Of a stretch of 64,000 nucleotides of DNA, positions 1 through 9,539 are shown piece after piece. The first letter of the stretch is position 1. Each line of letters starts with the position of its first letter. The translations under genes were made by a program, and so were the position numbers. The stretch covers positions 1,996-65,995 of the forward strand of contig JAYOYH010000009.1 in the NCBI GenBank assembly GCA_038153405.1. Reading direction: 5' to 3'. Below the pieces are notes generated by a model that worked only from the letters and a program-made list of their open reading frames with translations, had not been told where the DNA came from and did no database searches. This DNA comes from Gemmatimonadota bacterium (GTDB lineage Bacteria; Latescibacterota; UBA2968; UBA8231).

Positions 1-186
1 ACGACGAGCCGTTTGTGCTTCGGGACGACTCGGCACCGGAAGCGGCGGAAGACGATGAGCCGTTTGTGCTTCGGGACGACTCGGCACCGGAAGCGGCGGA
101 AGACGACGAGCCGTTTGTGCTTCGGGACGACTCGGCACCGGAAACGGTGGAGGACGACGAGCCGTTTGTGCTTCGGGACGACTCGG
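1..186 (+). repeat. Coding tandem repeat, 51-bp unit (17 aa, EDDEPFVLRDDSAPEAA), about 3.6 copies visible
   Basis: Units start at 1, 52, 103 and 154 and are near-identical and in frame. Confidence 0.95.
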
Positions 187-743
187 TGCAGGCCGATGAT
201 TCTGCGGAATTGGACGGTGAATTGGTCGTGGTAGATCCGGTGATAGAAGACCGATCTGCGCTGGAAGGCGAGGACCGGGAAGCGGATCCGCTGAATCTAT
301 CCGATCTTCGTCCGCCCGCCCAACAACGGCGGCCGGCCAAGTCTCAACCCCCCATTGATGCGCAGGGGGCGGACGAGGAATTGGGGCCAGCAAGCGATGC
401 GGTGGAAAGCGCCGACGAAGTAATGGGCAGGGGTTCGGGGCTGAGAGCGCGCGGTGACGATGAACTGCTGCGTCTGTTTCAGGAAATCGAAACGCAGGGA
501 CGGGACGATGACGACGGCGCACTCGAATTGGGCTCGGCGCAGGCAAGCGCCGAGCGCGATGAGCCGGAAAAGGATGAAGATAGACAGCGTATTACCACGC
601 TGACGTTGGCCGAAATATACGCTATACAAGGGTTAAACCAAAAAGCGATAGAGACGTATCGCGACCTGTTAGAGCAGGACCCAGAAAATGACTTTATACG
701 GCGCAAGTTGCAGGAATTGGAAAACAATAGCGGCAAGAAATAG
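1..743 (+). CDS. TPR-containing protein with long acidic repetitive linker (5' partial)
   Basis: Frame is open from the window edge. Asp/Glu-rich linker, then C-terminal TPR-like 'TTLTLAEIYAIQGLNQKAIETYRDLLEQDPEN'. Confidence 0.75.
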   Translation, partial: DEPFVLRDDSAPEAAEDDEPFVLRDDSAPEAAEDDEPFVLRDDSAPETVEDDEPFVLRDDSVQADDSAELDGELVVVDPVIEDRSALEGEDREADPLNLSDLRPPAQQRRPAKSQPPIDAQGADEELGPASDAVESADEVMGRGSGLRARGDDELLRLFQEIETQGRDDDDGALELGSAQASAERDEPEKDEDRQRITTLTLAEIYAIQGLNQKAIETYRDLLEQDPENDFIRRKLQELENNSGKK

Positions 744-767
744 CCGATAGAAAGAGGACTTTTTGCA

Positions 768-1325
768 ATGGCAGACACGACGGACTTTCGCAATGGTTTT
801 TGCATGCTCATTGATGGCGATATTTTTTCCATCGCCGAATTCCAGCACGTAAAGCCGGGCAAGGGAAGCGCTTTCGTTCGTACTAAGCTCAAAAATATGC
901 ACACGGGCGCCGTTTTGGATCGCACGTTTCGCTCGGGTGACAAAGTGGAAGAGGTGCGCTTGGAGAAGCGCGAAATGCAGTATCTGTATGCGGAAGGCGA
1001 AACATACTACTTTATGGACTTGGATACCTACGATCAGATGGGTATACCGATCAAAATGCTCGGTAGATCGGCTAAGCTACTCAAAGAAAGCGAAAATGCC
1101 TACGTGCTCATCGCTCGGGAAGCACCGATCGGTGTCGATTTGCCCAACTTCGTATTCCTCGAAGTTACGCACACCGAACCTGGCGTTAAGGGCGATACTG
1201 CCACGGGAGCGACCAAAGCCGCAACGCTTGAGACGGGATATCAGGTGCAGGTGCCGCTCTTCGTCAATCAGGGAGACAAGTTGAAAATCGACACGCGCAC
1301 GGGCGATTACGTGGAGCGGGTCTAA
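768..1325 (+). CDS. efp: Elongation factor P
   Basis: [16 protein letters not shown] loop, [11 protein letters not shown]-terminal [12 protein letters not shown]. Confidence 0.98.
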   Translation: MADTTDFRNGFCMLIDGDIFSIAEFQHVKPGKGSAFVRTKLKNMHTGAVLDRTFRSGDKVEEVRLEKREMQYLYAEGETYYFMDLDTYDQMGIPIKMLGRSAKLLKESENAYVLIAREAPIGVDLPNFVFLEVTHTEPGVKGDTATGATKAATLETGYQVQVPLFVNQGDKLKIDTRTGDYVERV

Positions 1326-1351
1326 GTCGGAACAACTGGAGGGAGTTTGCT

Positions 1352-1831
1352 GTGAGAGAGGACAAGCTAAAGAGGATCCTAGCGCTATTTAAGGATAGTG
1401 GGGTCGAAGAGTTAGAGGTGGAGTATGGTTTCTGGCGCGGCACTAGGCTGCGCATCAGTCGTCGCAAAACGGTCGATATCGTAGCCGCTCCAGCCGTCGC
1501 CGCTGCCCCGCCAGTCGCTAGTGCGCCGGCGGTCGTAGCCGCAGCAGACAGCGCAGTCCCTGTCGCTCCAGCACCGCCCGTCGACGATGGACTTCACCAA
1601 GTGTTCTCGCCGATGGTTGGCACGTTTTACAGAGCCTCATCGCCTGAATCGGATGCCTTCGTACAAGAGGGGACAGCCGTAAAAAAGGGCCAGACGCTGT
1701 GTATCATTGAGGCGATGAAGATTATGAACGAGATTCCGGTCGACGTCGCTGGACAGGTAGTAGAGATTCTCGTCGAGAATGGGCAGCCGGTCGAGTACAA
1801 TCAGCCGCTGTTCAAGATCCGTGTTGACTGA
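1352..1831 (+). CDS. accB: Biotin carboxyl carrier protein of acetyl-CoA carboxylase
   Basis: Ala/Pro linker, [17 protein letters not shown] biotinylation motif. Confidence 0.96.
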   Translation: MREDKLKRILALFKDSGVEELEVEYGFWRGTRLRISRRKTVDIVAAPAVAAAPPVASAPAVVAAADSAVPVAPAPPVDDGLHQVFSPMVGTFYRASSPESDAFVQEGTAVKKGQTLCIIEAMKIMNEIPVDVAGQVVEILVENGQPVEYNQPLFKIRVD

Positions 1832-1849
1832 TGCGAACGGGCCATATCC

Positions 1850-3226
1850 ATGTTTAACAAAGTCCTCATAGCCGACCGCGGCGAAATCGCCCTGCGCGTC
1901 ATTCGCGCCTGTAAGGATATGGGCATTGATACCGTGGCGATTCACTCCCAAGCCGATACGCATGCATTGCACGTGCTCTTTGCCGACGAGGACGTGTGCA
2001 TAGGGCCTCCGGCTGGCAAGGATAGTTACCGCAACTACGCCAATATCATCAGCGCGGCCGAATTGACGAACGCCGACGCAATTCACCCCGGATATGGGCC
2101 GCTGGCAGAAAATGCCGAGTTCGCCGAGCTGTGCCAGCAGTGCGGCATAAAATTTATAGGGCCACCTGTAGACGCCATTCGCCGCATGGGAGACAAGTCG
2201 CTGGCGCGCCAGACCATGAAGGACGCCGGCGTGCCCGTGGTGCCGGGCAGCGAGGGCGAGCTGCAGTCGCTCGACGAAGCGCGCGAATGGGCCGAGAAGG
2301 TGGGATTTCCCCTGCGCCTGAAGGCTTCTGCCGGCGGCGGTGGGCGCGGGATGCGCATTGTGCGCGCAATGAACGAATTGGAAGATGCCTGGAAAATGGC
2401 GCGCATGGAAGCGCGCGGCGCATTTACCAGCGATGCGGTCTACATGGAGCGTTCGATCGAGCGAGCCCGCCATATAGAGATTCAAGTGCTCGGCGACGAA
2501 CACGGCCATATCGTCCACCTATTCGAGCGCGAATGCTCTATTCAGCGCCGCAACCAGAAGCTATTGGAAGAAAGCCCCTCGCCGGTGGTTGACGAAGAGA
2601 TGCGCCGGAACTTGGGCGAAGCCGCGGTCGCCGGTGCGCGAAGCGTCGGCTATTATAGTGCAGGCACGATTGAGTATATCGTCGATGAGGATCTCAACTT
2701 CTACTTTATGGAGATGAATACGCGCATCCAAGTGGAGCATCCGGTGACGGAAACCGTGACTGGCATAGATCTAGTGCGCGAACAAATTCGCATTGCCGCC
2801 GGCGAGGAGTTGGGCTACGGCCAAGAGGACCTGCGCTTGGTTGGGCACGCCATAGAGTGCCGCATCAATTCAGAAGATCCAGCGCAAAACTTCATGCCTT
2901 CATCCGGTAGAATTACGGCACTGCACCAGCCGGGCGGTCCCGGCGTGCGCATCGATAGTCACATATATCAGGGGTACGATATGCCGCCCTATTACGATTC
3001 GCTGCTAGCTAAGCTGATCGTCAACGGCCGCGATCGCACGGAGGCGCTGGCCCGTCTGCGGCGCGCCCTGGCCGAGTATACCGTCGAAGGGGTGTCGACG
3101 ACGATTCCATTTCACCGCGCCCTGATCAACGAAGAAAATTTCATTGCTGGTCGCTTTAATACCGATTACGTAGCCAGTACCACGCTGGATCTAAATGCGA
3201 ATTTGCCTGCAACTTCTCAGGAGTAA
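1850..3226 (+). CDS. accC: Biotin carboxylase
   Basis: [54 protein letters not shown]. Confidence 0.97.
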   Translation: MFNKVLIADRGEIALRVIRACKDMGIDTVAIHSQADTHALHVLFADEDVCIGPPAGKDSYRNYANIISAAELTNADAIHPGYGPLAENAEFAELCQQCGIKFIGPPVDAIRRMGDKSLARQTMKDAGVPVVPGSEGELQSLDEAREWAEKVGFPLRLKASAGGGGRGMRIVRAMNELEDAWKMARMEARGAFTSDAVYMERSIERARHIEIQVLGDEHGHIVHLFERECSIQRRNQKLLEESPSPVVDEEMRRNLGEAAVAGARSVGYYSAGTIEYIVDEDLNFYFMEMNTRIQVEHPVTETVTGIDLVREQIRIAAGEELGYGQEDLRLVGHAIECRINSEDPAQNFMPSSGRITALHQPGGPGVRIDSHIYQGYDMPPYYDSLLAKLIVNGRDRTEALARLRRALAEYTVEGVSTTIPFHRALINEENFIAGRFNTDYVASTTLDLNANLPATSQE

Positions 3227-3232
3227 GAAGCT

Positions 3233-3625
3233 ATGAGCGCATCCAAGGTGCCAGAGAATTTGTCCTATAGTGAGAGTCACGAATGGATACAGGTCGACAG
3301 CGATATCGCCACTATTGGCATTACCGACTTTGCCCAGTCTGAATTGGGCGATATCGTATTTGTCGAATTGCCGGAGGTTGGAGAATACGCCAAGATGGGT
3401 GAGACGTTTGGCACAGTTGAAGCCGTCAAGACGGTTGAAGACCTCATTGCTCCGCTGTCTGGTGAAGTGCTCGAGGCCAACGAGACACTCGAAGACAATG
3501 CCGAGCAGATCAATTCGGACCCCTACGGAGCGGGGTGGATGATAAAAATCCGCGTCGAAAACGAAGACGAACTCGAGAATTTGCTCAGCGCGGAAGAGTA
3601 TTCGGACATGCTCAACGGCGGCTGA
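3233..3625 (+). CDS. gcvH: Glycine cleavage system H protein (lipoyl carrier)
   Basis: SHEWI, GITDFAQSELGDIVFVELP, lipoyl-Lys in VEAVKT, NSDPYGAGW. Confidence 0.96.
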   Translation: MSASKVPENLSYSESHEWIQVDSDIATIGITDFAQSELGDIVFVELPEVGEYAKMGETFGTVEAVKTVEDLIAPLSGEVLEANETLEDNAEQINSDPYGAGWMIKIRVENEDELENLLSAEEYSDMLNGG

Positions 3626-3633
3626 GCGCCTGC

Positions 3634-3676
3634 CTCAATCTTGACTTTGCTCTATATATAACGTAGTTATATAACT
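3634..3676 (+). promoter_or_regulatory. Putative promoter/operator: TTGACT box plus perfect palindrome AGTTATATAACT (3665-3676)
   Basis: AT-rich intergenic patch upstream of the HNH gene. CTCAATCTTGACTTT also occurs upstream of sufB. Confidence 0.45.
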
Positions 3677-3737
3677 TCGTTTTGTTGGGCGGTTCTGCTC
3701 CGACCCTCTGGTGCGCTGGGCCGCTGTAACTGGGGTC

Positions 3738-4247
3738 ATGCGATTGCTGGACGACAGTGTGCTGGTCTTAAACCAAAACTATGAACCGTTGAGCGTGTGT
3801 AGTGTGCGCCGTGCTCTGCTGCTCATTTTTCGGGGCCGCGCCGAAGCGGTAGAGAAGTTAGAAGACGTCGTGCGGTCGGTGTCACAGGAGTTTTCTGTGC
3901 CCAGCGTGGTGCGCTTAGAGCGGTACATCAATGCCCCTAGGCGCAATGTCGTACTGTCGAAGCGCAATATTCTCAAGCGCGATCGCTTTGAATGTCAGTA
4001 CTGCGGTAAACGAGACGCCAAACTGACGATTGACCACGTGGTGCCGCGCACCAAAGGGGGGCCTTCGACCTGGGAAAACATGGTCTGCGCCTGTGCTGCG
4101 TGCAACAACAAGAAGGGCGAGCAGCGACCGGAACAGGTGGGTTTGAAGCTGCGAACCCAGCCCAAGCGCCCCAACAGCGTCAGTTTTATGCGGAATGCAA
4201 TGGGTTCTAGCCAACAGCGCTGGAAACCGTACTTATTTGCGGATTAA
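3738..4247 (+). CDS. HNH endonuclease (McrA-like)
   Basis: VLVLNQNYEPL, RD...CQYCG, TIDHVVPR, WEN...AC..CNNKKG. ATG at 3738 preferred over GTG at 3711. Confidence 0.92.
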   Translation: MRLLDDSVLVLNQNYEPLSVCSVRRALLLIFRGRAEAVEKLEDVVRSVSQEFSVPSVVRLERYINAPRRNVVLSKRNILKRDRFECQYCGKRDAKLTIDHVVPRTKGGPSTWENMVCACAACNNKKGEQRPEQVGLKLRTQPKRPNSVSFMRNAMGSSQQRWKPYLFAD

Positions 4248-4307
4248 AGAGGCGGCATGCCGGCGCGCGGATCTCCCGCCGCAGTGCTGGACGAATTTCG
4301 AGCGAGC

Positions 4308-5156
4308 ATGGCTATCGATATACTACAGACGGAAGACGAGCAGGACTCGGCGCTGTACGAGGTGAAGCTGGACGTATTTGAAGGTCCGATGGACCTGCTG
4401 CTCTACCTCATACGCAAAGACGAACTCGATATCTACGATATTCCAATTGCCCACATTACAAACCAGTACCTGGGCTTTCTGGAACAGATCCACCTCCTCG
4501 ACATCGAACAGGCCAGCGACTTCATTCTGATGGCCGCTACGCTCATGCGGATCAAGTCGCAGATGATGCTACCGCGCGAAGAGGGCGTAGATGGCATGGG
4601 TGAAGAGGGCGATCTGCGCGAAGAGCTGATGCGCCGTCTGTTGGAATACCAGCAGTTCAAAGAAGTTGCCGATTGGCTGGGCGTGCAGAAGGACGCCCGC
4701 CGCGACGTGTTTTTGCGCCAGGCGGGACTGGGCGAAAACGATCTGGACGACGGCCGCGTGCCGACGCTTAAACCGGTTTCGCTCTTTGATCTACTCAAGG
4801 TCTACAAGCACGTCTTGGATACGGTGCCGCGCACGCTCGTACACCAAATTGTCGAAGAAAATATCTCGGTTGCAGAGTGTATCGAGTTTATCATCGCTGC
4901 GCTGGAACAGCGCGCCCGCGTCCGATTTGTAGAGTTGGTAGAAGGACGCGGTCGCGAAGGCATGGTCGCGACGTTTATCGGTGTTCTCGAACTGCTTAAA
5001 TCGCAGCGCATTCGCGTGCAGCAGTCACAGCCATTTGACGATATCTGGATCGAACAACAAGAGCAGCGCGCAGTTTCGCAGCTGTTGGCGACAGATGGCC
5101 ACGCCGAGCAATCAGAAGAGAGGCCACTCGATAGCGGTGGAGAGCAAGCGCTTTGA
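4308..5156 (+). CDS. scpA: Segregation and condensation protein A
   Basis: FEGPMDLLLYLI..ELDIYDIPI, ATLMRIKS, ATFIGVLELLK. Start could be 4257. Confidence 0.95.
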   Translation: MAIDILQTEDEQDSALYEVKLDVFEGPMDLLLYLIRKDELDIYDIPIAHITNQYLGFLEQIHLLDIEQASDFILMAATLMRIKSQMMLPREEGVDGMGEEGDLREELMRRLLEYQQFKEVADWLGVQKDARRDVFLRQAGLGENDLDDGRVPTLKPVSLFDLLKVYKHVLDTVPRTLVHQIVEENISVAECIEFIIAALEQRARVRFVELVEGRGREGMVATFIGVLELLKSQRIRVQQSQPFDDIWIEQQEQRAVSQLLATDGHAEQSEERPLDSGGEQAL

Positions 5157-6001
5157 GCGAAGAGCGTTCCGTCGCCCCAGACAAGGCCCGTGCCATTATC
5201 GAAGCCGTTTTGCTGACAGCCGATGCACCGGTGACGCCCGGGCGGCTGGTCGCGCTCTTGGACGAATACAACGGGCGCGACATCCGCGAATTGATCGATT
5301 CACTCAACGCTGCCTATGCCGAGGGCGAACACGGGTTCTCTATTATAGAGATTGCTGGCGGCTTTCAGCTGGCGACGCGACAGGACTGCGGTCCTTGGCT
5401 GCGCAAGTTTCACAACGATCCCAATCAGATTCGCCTCTCTCAGGCCGCGCTTGAAGCGCTGGCGATTGTCGCCTTCAAGCAGCCGGTGACCCGCGTTGAG
5501 GTCGATACGATTCGCGGCGTCAATTCGGGCGGCGTCATGCAGACGCTGATGGAGATTTCGATGATTCGCATCGTCGGTCGCTCGGAGGGTATCGGCAAGC
5601 CCATGCTCTTTGGCACGACGCGCGAGTTCTTGGTGCATTTTGGGCTGAAGACGCTGGCCGATTTGCCCAAGCCCAGAGAGTTGGAAGAGCTGCTGGCTTC
5701 TGGCGAAGACAAGGCGGAAGCGCGCCAGCAAATGGCGATGGAACTGCAGGGATTGCAGGATCGCGCGGAGAGTGAGCGCAGCAGCGGTGTAGATGGCGAC
5801 GGCGTATCCGACGTCGAAACGGGCACCGCACTGGGCGAAGACGATGCGATAGAAATGGGGTTGGATCGCGCTGAGGATAGCGTCGACGGCGAATTCGCTG
5901 TGACGGGCGACTCATTGGACGAAGATGGCGATACCGCAACGCAAGAAGAGCGCGTAGAAAATAGCGGCGGCGACGACGCTGGCCAGGGCGATGGGGGCTG
6001 A
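5153..6001 (+). CDS. scpB: Segregation and condensation protein B, with acidic C-terminal tail
   Basis: IEAVLL, LSQAALEALAIVAFKQPVTR..IRGV, GKPMLFGTT.EFL.HFGL. Confidence 0.95.
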   Translation: MSEERSVAPDKARAIIEAVLLTADAPVTPGRLVALLDEYNGRDIRELIDSLNAAYAEGEHGFSIIEIAGGFQLATRQDCGPWLRKFHNDPNQIRLSQAALEALAIVAFKQPVTRVEVDTIRGVNSGGVMQTLMEISMIRIVGRSEGIGKPMLFGTTREFLVHFGLKTLADLPKPRELEELLASGEDKAEARQQMAMELQGLQDRAESERSSGVDGDGVSDVETGTALGEDDAIEMGLDRAEDSVDGEFAVTGDSLDEDGDTATQEERVENSGGDDAGQGDGG

Positions 6002-6746
6002 AGAATCGGCGTATACGATGCGCCTCAACCGCTTTTTGGCGCGCTCGGGCGTGGCGTCGCGGCGTAAAAGCGATGCGTTAATTGTCGGTGGTGTGGTTCG
6101 CGTCAACGGCGAAGTCGTCGACAATCTGGGCAGTAGCGTCGACCCGCAGCGCGACCAAGTGGAGTGCGAGGGTAAGCCCGTATCGCTGCCGGTTGAATGC
6201 GAGTATTTGCTGCTCAACAAGCCGGCTGGCTACGTCGTGACGCGCAGCGACACGCATGGGCGCTCGACCGTGTTTGACCTGTTGAGCACGCAGCGCCTCG
6301 GCACGATGCCGGTAGGGCGTTTAGATATGGACACGACAGGCCTGCTGCTGTGGACGGACGACGGCGAGCTGGCTTTTCGTTTGCTGCATCCGCGCTACGT
6401 GGTAGACAAGGTCTATGAGGCGGTAGTGCGCGGCCGGCCGAGCGAGGAAAAGCTGCAGATACTGCGCGAGGGCATGGAGTTGGATGACGGCCCTACGGCG
6501 CCGGCGCAGGCCGAAGTCGTTGGCTGCGAGGGGAGCGGCCACATGTTGGCCGCGCGCGTGCGCCTGTGTATACACGAGGGGCGCAAGCGCCAGGTGCGTC
6601 GCATGTTGCGCACCGTCGGCCATCCGGTGCGCTACCTGACGCGAGTGGCCTTTGCTGGGTTGACGCTCGATGGGTTGGACGAAGGGCAGTACCGCCCGCT
6701 GCGCGAGGAAGAAGTGCGCGCACTGCGCGCGCAGGTGGGGCTGTGA
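5991..6746 (+). CDS. rluB: RluB/RsuA-family rRNA pseudouridine synthase
   Basis: S4 domain MRLNRFLARSGVASRR, catalytic VGRLDMDTTGLLL, EGRKRQVRRM. Start may be 6018. Confidence 0.9.
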   Translation: MGAEESAYTMRLNRFLARSGVASRRKSDALIVGGVVRVNGEVVDNLGSSVDPQRDQVECEGKPVSLPVECEYLLLNKPAGYVVTRSDTHGRSTVFDLLSTQRLGTMPVGRLDMDTTGLLLWTDDGELAFRLLHPRYVVDKVYEAVVRGRPSEEKLQILREGMELDDGPTAPAQAEVVGCEGSGHMLAARVRLCIHEGRKRQVRRMLRTVGHPVRYLTRVAFAGLTLDGLDEGQYRPLREEEVRALRAQVGL

Positions 6747-7426
6747 TGGCAGCCCAGCCACTGGTCATTGCCATTGATGGTGTCGTCGGTTCGGGTAAGT
6801 CGACTACGGCGCGCCTCGTTGCGCGCGCCTTGGGGTATTGCCATCTCGACACGGGGGCGATGTACCGCGCTGTGGCATTGGCCGCGGGGCGCAGCGGCGT
6901 TGAAGCGGATGACGAACCGGCGCTAAAACAGCTGTTGGATAAAATTGAAGTCGACCTGCTGCCCTCCGATCAGGGCGTTGTCGTTCTGCTCGACGGGGAA
7001 GACGTTAGCGATGAAATCCGCCGGCCCGAAGTCGCGCGCTGCGTGGGCGCTTTCGCCGATAAGCCGGCGGTGCGTCGCGCGCTGGTTTCTCGTCAGCAAG
7101 AGATGGGCTGCCGGGGTGGTATCGTCGCCGAGGGGCGCGATATGGGATCGGTGGTCTTTCCCCATGCCGAACTGAAGATTCGCATGGTCGCCGACCTCGA
7201 CGAGCGCACGCGGCGTCGGCGCGAAGAGCTGGTTGCAAAAGGGGTAGACATGAGCTTTGAAGAGGTGCGCGCCGATATTGAGACGCGCGACCTCGAAGAC
7301 GCCCGGCGCGATTATGGTGCAGCGGGTGAGGTTGTAGAGTACGTCGAGTTGGATACGACGAGTATGGGTCTGGAAGAGCAGGTGGCCGCCGTCGTGGCGC
7401 TGGCCCGCCAGCGCGGAGCGCCGTGA
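6746..7426 (+). CDS. cmk: Cytidylate kinase
   Basis: IAIDG..GSGKST, LDTGAMYRAVA, EGRDMGSVVFP. TGATG coupling at 6746; lies upstream of rpsA. Confidence 0.93.
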   Translation: MAAQPLVIAIDGVVGSGKSTTARLVARALGYCHLDTGAMYRAVALAAGRSGVEADDEPALKQLLDKIEVDLLPSDQGVVVLLDGEDVSDEIRRPEVARCVGAFADKPAVRRALVSRQQEMGCRGGIVAEGRDMGSVVFPHAELKIRMVADLDERTRRRREELVAKGVDMSFEEVRADIETRDLEDARRDYGAAGEVVEYVELDTTSMGLEEQVAAVVALARQRGAP

Positions 7427-7539
7427 GCGCGCCGCGCGCCAGAAAAGACTAAAGTGCAGCAATGCGCCGGGCAATCCGGCTCGGTGCAAATTGAAGCAGG
7501 TCTTCGACCTGCCATAACCGCAGTATTTGAGGTATTACA

Positions 7540-9351
7540 ATGAGCGAAGAAACGTCCGTCGTCGACGCTCCGGAGATACAGAAGCCAGTCTACGGCAACG
7601 TCAGTGCCGAGGAACTGGAGAAGCCGGAGTACAGTGAAGAGCAGATGAGCGAAATGATGGCTCTTTACGACGAGAGTATCTCCGGTATCCAGGAGGGGCA
7701 GATCGTCAAGGGATCCATCGTGTCTGTCGGCGAGAGCGAAGTGATGATCGACATCGGCTTCAAGTCGGAAGGCGCCGTGCCGCTGCGCGAGTTCAACGAT
7801 CCATCCGCCATTGAAATCGGTCAGGAGATCGAGGTGTTCCTCGAAAATGTCGAGGACCAGGAAGGGCAGGTCGTCCTGTCCAAGCAGAAGGCCGACTTCA
7901 TGCGCGTCTGGGATTCGATCAAGGATGCGCACGATACGGGCAACACGGTACAGGGCCGTCTGATGCGCCGCATCAAGGGCGGCATCGTGGTCGACCTATT
8001 TGGCGTCGACGCTTTTTTACCCGGCTCGCAAATCGACATTCGCCAGGTCAAGAATTTCGACCAGTTTCTCGGTCAGGAATTTCCTTTTAAGATCATCAAG
8101 CTCAACAAGGCGCGTCGCAATATCGTCGTTTCTCGTCGCGCGGTGCTCGAAGAAGAGCGCTCAAAGATGCGCGATGAGATCGTCAAGGTTCTCGAAGAAG
8201 GGCAGATTCGCGAAGGCGTGGTCAAGAACATCACCGACTTTGGCGCCTTTATCGACCTAGGCGGCGTCGACGGCCTGCTGCACATTACCGATATGTCGTG
8301 GGGTCGCGTCAGTCATCCCTCCGAGATGGTCTCCATCGGCGACCGCATCAAGGTTAAAGTGCTCAACTACGACCGCGAGCGCGAGCGCATATCGCTCGGT
8401 CTCAAGCAACTGACGTCCCATCCGTGGGAGAGTATCGAAAATAAATATCCGATCGATAGCCAGACGCGCGGCAAGGTAGTATCTATTACCGATTACGGCG
8501 CCTTTGTCGAGTTGGAAGAGGGCATAGAGGGCCTGGTGCACATCTCCGAGATGTCGTGGACACAGCACGTGCGCCATCCGTCGAAGCTGGTCAACATTGG
8601 CGATATGGTCGAGGTCATGATTCTCAAAATTGACCAAGACAACCAGAAGATCTCGCTCGGTATGAAGCAGACCGAGGACGATCCCTGGGAGACGCTCGAT
8701 GCCAAGTATCCTCCCAATACGCGCTTAGAGGGCACGGTGCGCAGCCTGACCAACTTCGGTGCCTTTGTCGAGATTGAGGACAATATCGACGGTCTGGTGC
8801 ACATATCTGACATGTCGTGGACCCGGCGCATTCGCCAGGCTAGTGAGATGTTCAAAAAGGGCGATGTGATCCAAGTCGTAGTGACCGAAATCGACGTCAA
8901 GCGCCGTCGCATTTCGCTGAGTCACAAGATGGCCTTTGAGAATCCCTGGCCGCAGTTTGCCGAGAAGTACGCCGTCGGCACGGAGACGCGTGGCGTGGTT
9001 TCGCGCATTCTGGAACGCGGTCTCGTCGTCTCCTTTGACGGCGATGTTGACGGATTTGTGCCGCTGTCGCAGTTGGCCATCGACGGCATGCAGAATCCGC
9101 ACCAGTGCTTCTCCGAAGAGCAGGAAGTACCGCTCAAGGTCATCGAGTTCGATGAGGACCAGAAGAAAATTGTCCTCAGCGTGCGCGACTACTTCCGCGA
9201 CAAGGATGGAGCCGAGTACGAGGCCTATCTGGAAGCGCATCCGATTAGCGAGTACACCGTCGATGAGAGTGGGGTTGACTCCGACGATGAGATGGAAAGC
9301 TGGGGCGATGCCCACAGCGCCCAGCCCGGATCAGGCGATCAAGAGAGCTAG
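7540..9351 (+). CDS. rpsA: 30S ribosomal protein S1
   Basis: Repeated S1 domains (DIGFKSEG, FGAFIDLGGVDGLLHITDMSW, YGAFVELEEGIEGLVHISEMSW). Confidence 0.98.
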   Translation: MSEETSVVDAPEIQKPVYGNVSAEELEKPEYSEEQMSEMMALYDESISGIQEGQIVKGSIVSVGESEVMIDIGFKSEGAVPLREFNDPSAIEIGQEIEVFLENVEDQEGQVVLSKQKADFMRVWDSIKDAHDTGNTVQGRLMRRIKGGIVVDLFGVDAFLPGSQIDIRQVKNFDQFLGQEFPFKIIKLNKARRNIVVSRRAVLEEERSKMRDEIVKVLEEGQIREGVVKNITDFGAFIDLGGVDGLLHITDMSWGRVSHPSEMVSIGDRIKVKVLNYDRERERISLGLKQLTSHPWESIENKYPIDSQTRGKVVSITDYGAFVELEEGIEGLVHISEMSWTQHVRHPSKLVNIGDMVEVMILKIDQDNQKISLGMKQTEDDPWETLDAKYPPNTRLEGTVRSLTNFGAFVEIEDNIDGLVHISDMSWTRRIRQASEMFKKGDVIQVVVTEIDVKRRRISLSHKMAFENPWPQFAEKYAVGTETRGVVSRILERGLVVSFDGDVDGFVPLSQLAIDGMQNPHQCFSEEQEVPLKVIEFDEDQKKIVLSVRDYFRDKDGAEYEAYLEAHPISEYTVDESGVDSDDEMESWGDAHSAQPGSGDQES

Positions 9352-9377
9352 TATAGCACTTTGAAGTAGACGGCATA

Positions 9378-9412
9378 GCGGAGCGTCGGGCGTAGCCCGG
9401 CGCTCCGTTTTT
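9378..9412 (+). terminator. Rho-independent terminator after rpsA
   Basis: GCGGAGCGTCGGGC-GTA-GCCCGGCGCTCCGT hairpin followed by a T-run. Confidence 0.85.
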
Positions 9413-9539
9413 ACTGCCCTGTAGCGCGCATTGCGCCGGCATCTCTCCTCTTTGGCTTACCCGCAGTAAAGTTCTATTTTATACACCATTCGCACGCGGT
9501 ACCTGCCTTCCGCGATACCCAAAAACGCACGCGAGCACT

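Noticed and set aside
1..186. Possible CRISPR array
   Set aside because: Contiguous 51-bp in-frame coding repeats with no unique spacers and no cas genes.
1637..2518. Long antisense ORFs (also 34529..35566, 14446..15312, 48367..49179, 45634..46338)
   Set aside because: Shadows of well-supported genes in GC-rich DNA, with no recognisable motifs.
3738..4247. HNH gene as a mobile homing endonuclease or defence island
   Set aside because: No intron, terminal repeats or methyltransferase; it looks like the widespread standalone HNH family in a core-gene context.
6566..6745. Extended N-termini in the ORF track (cmk; likewise maf, DUF4175-like, sufD, sufS, sufT, mutM)
   Set aside because: Internal ATGs with coupling or SD match the family N-termini, and most extensions overlap neighbouring genes.
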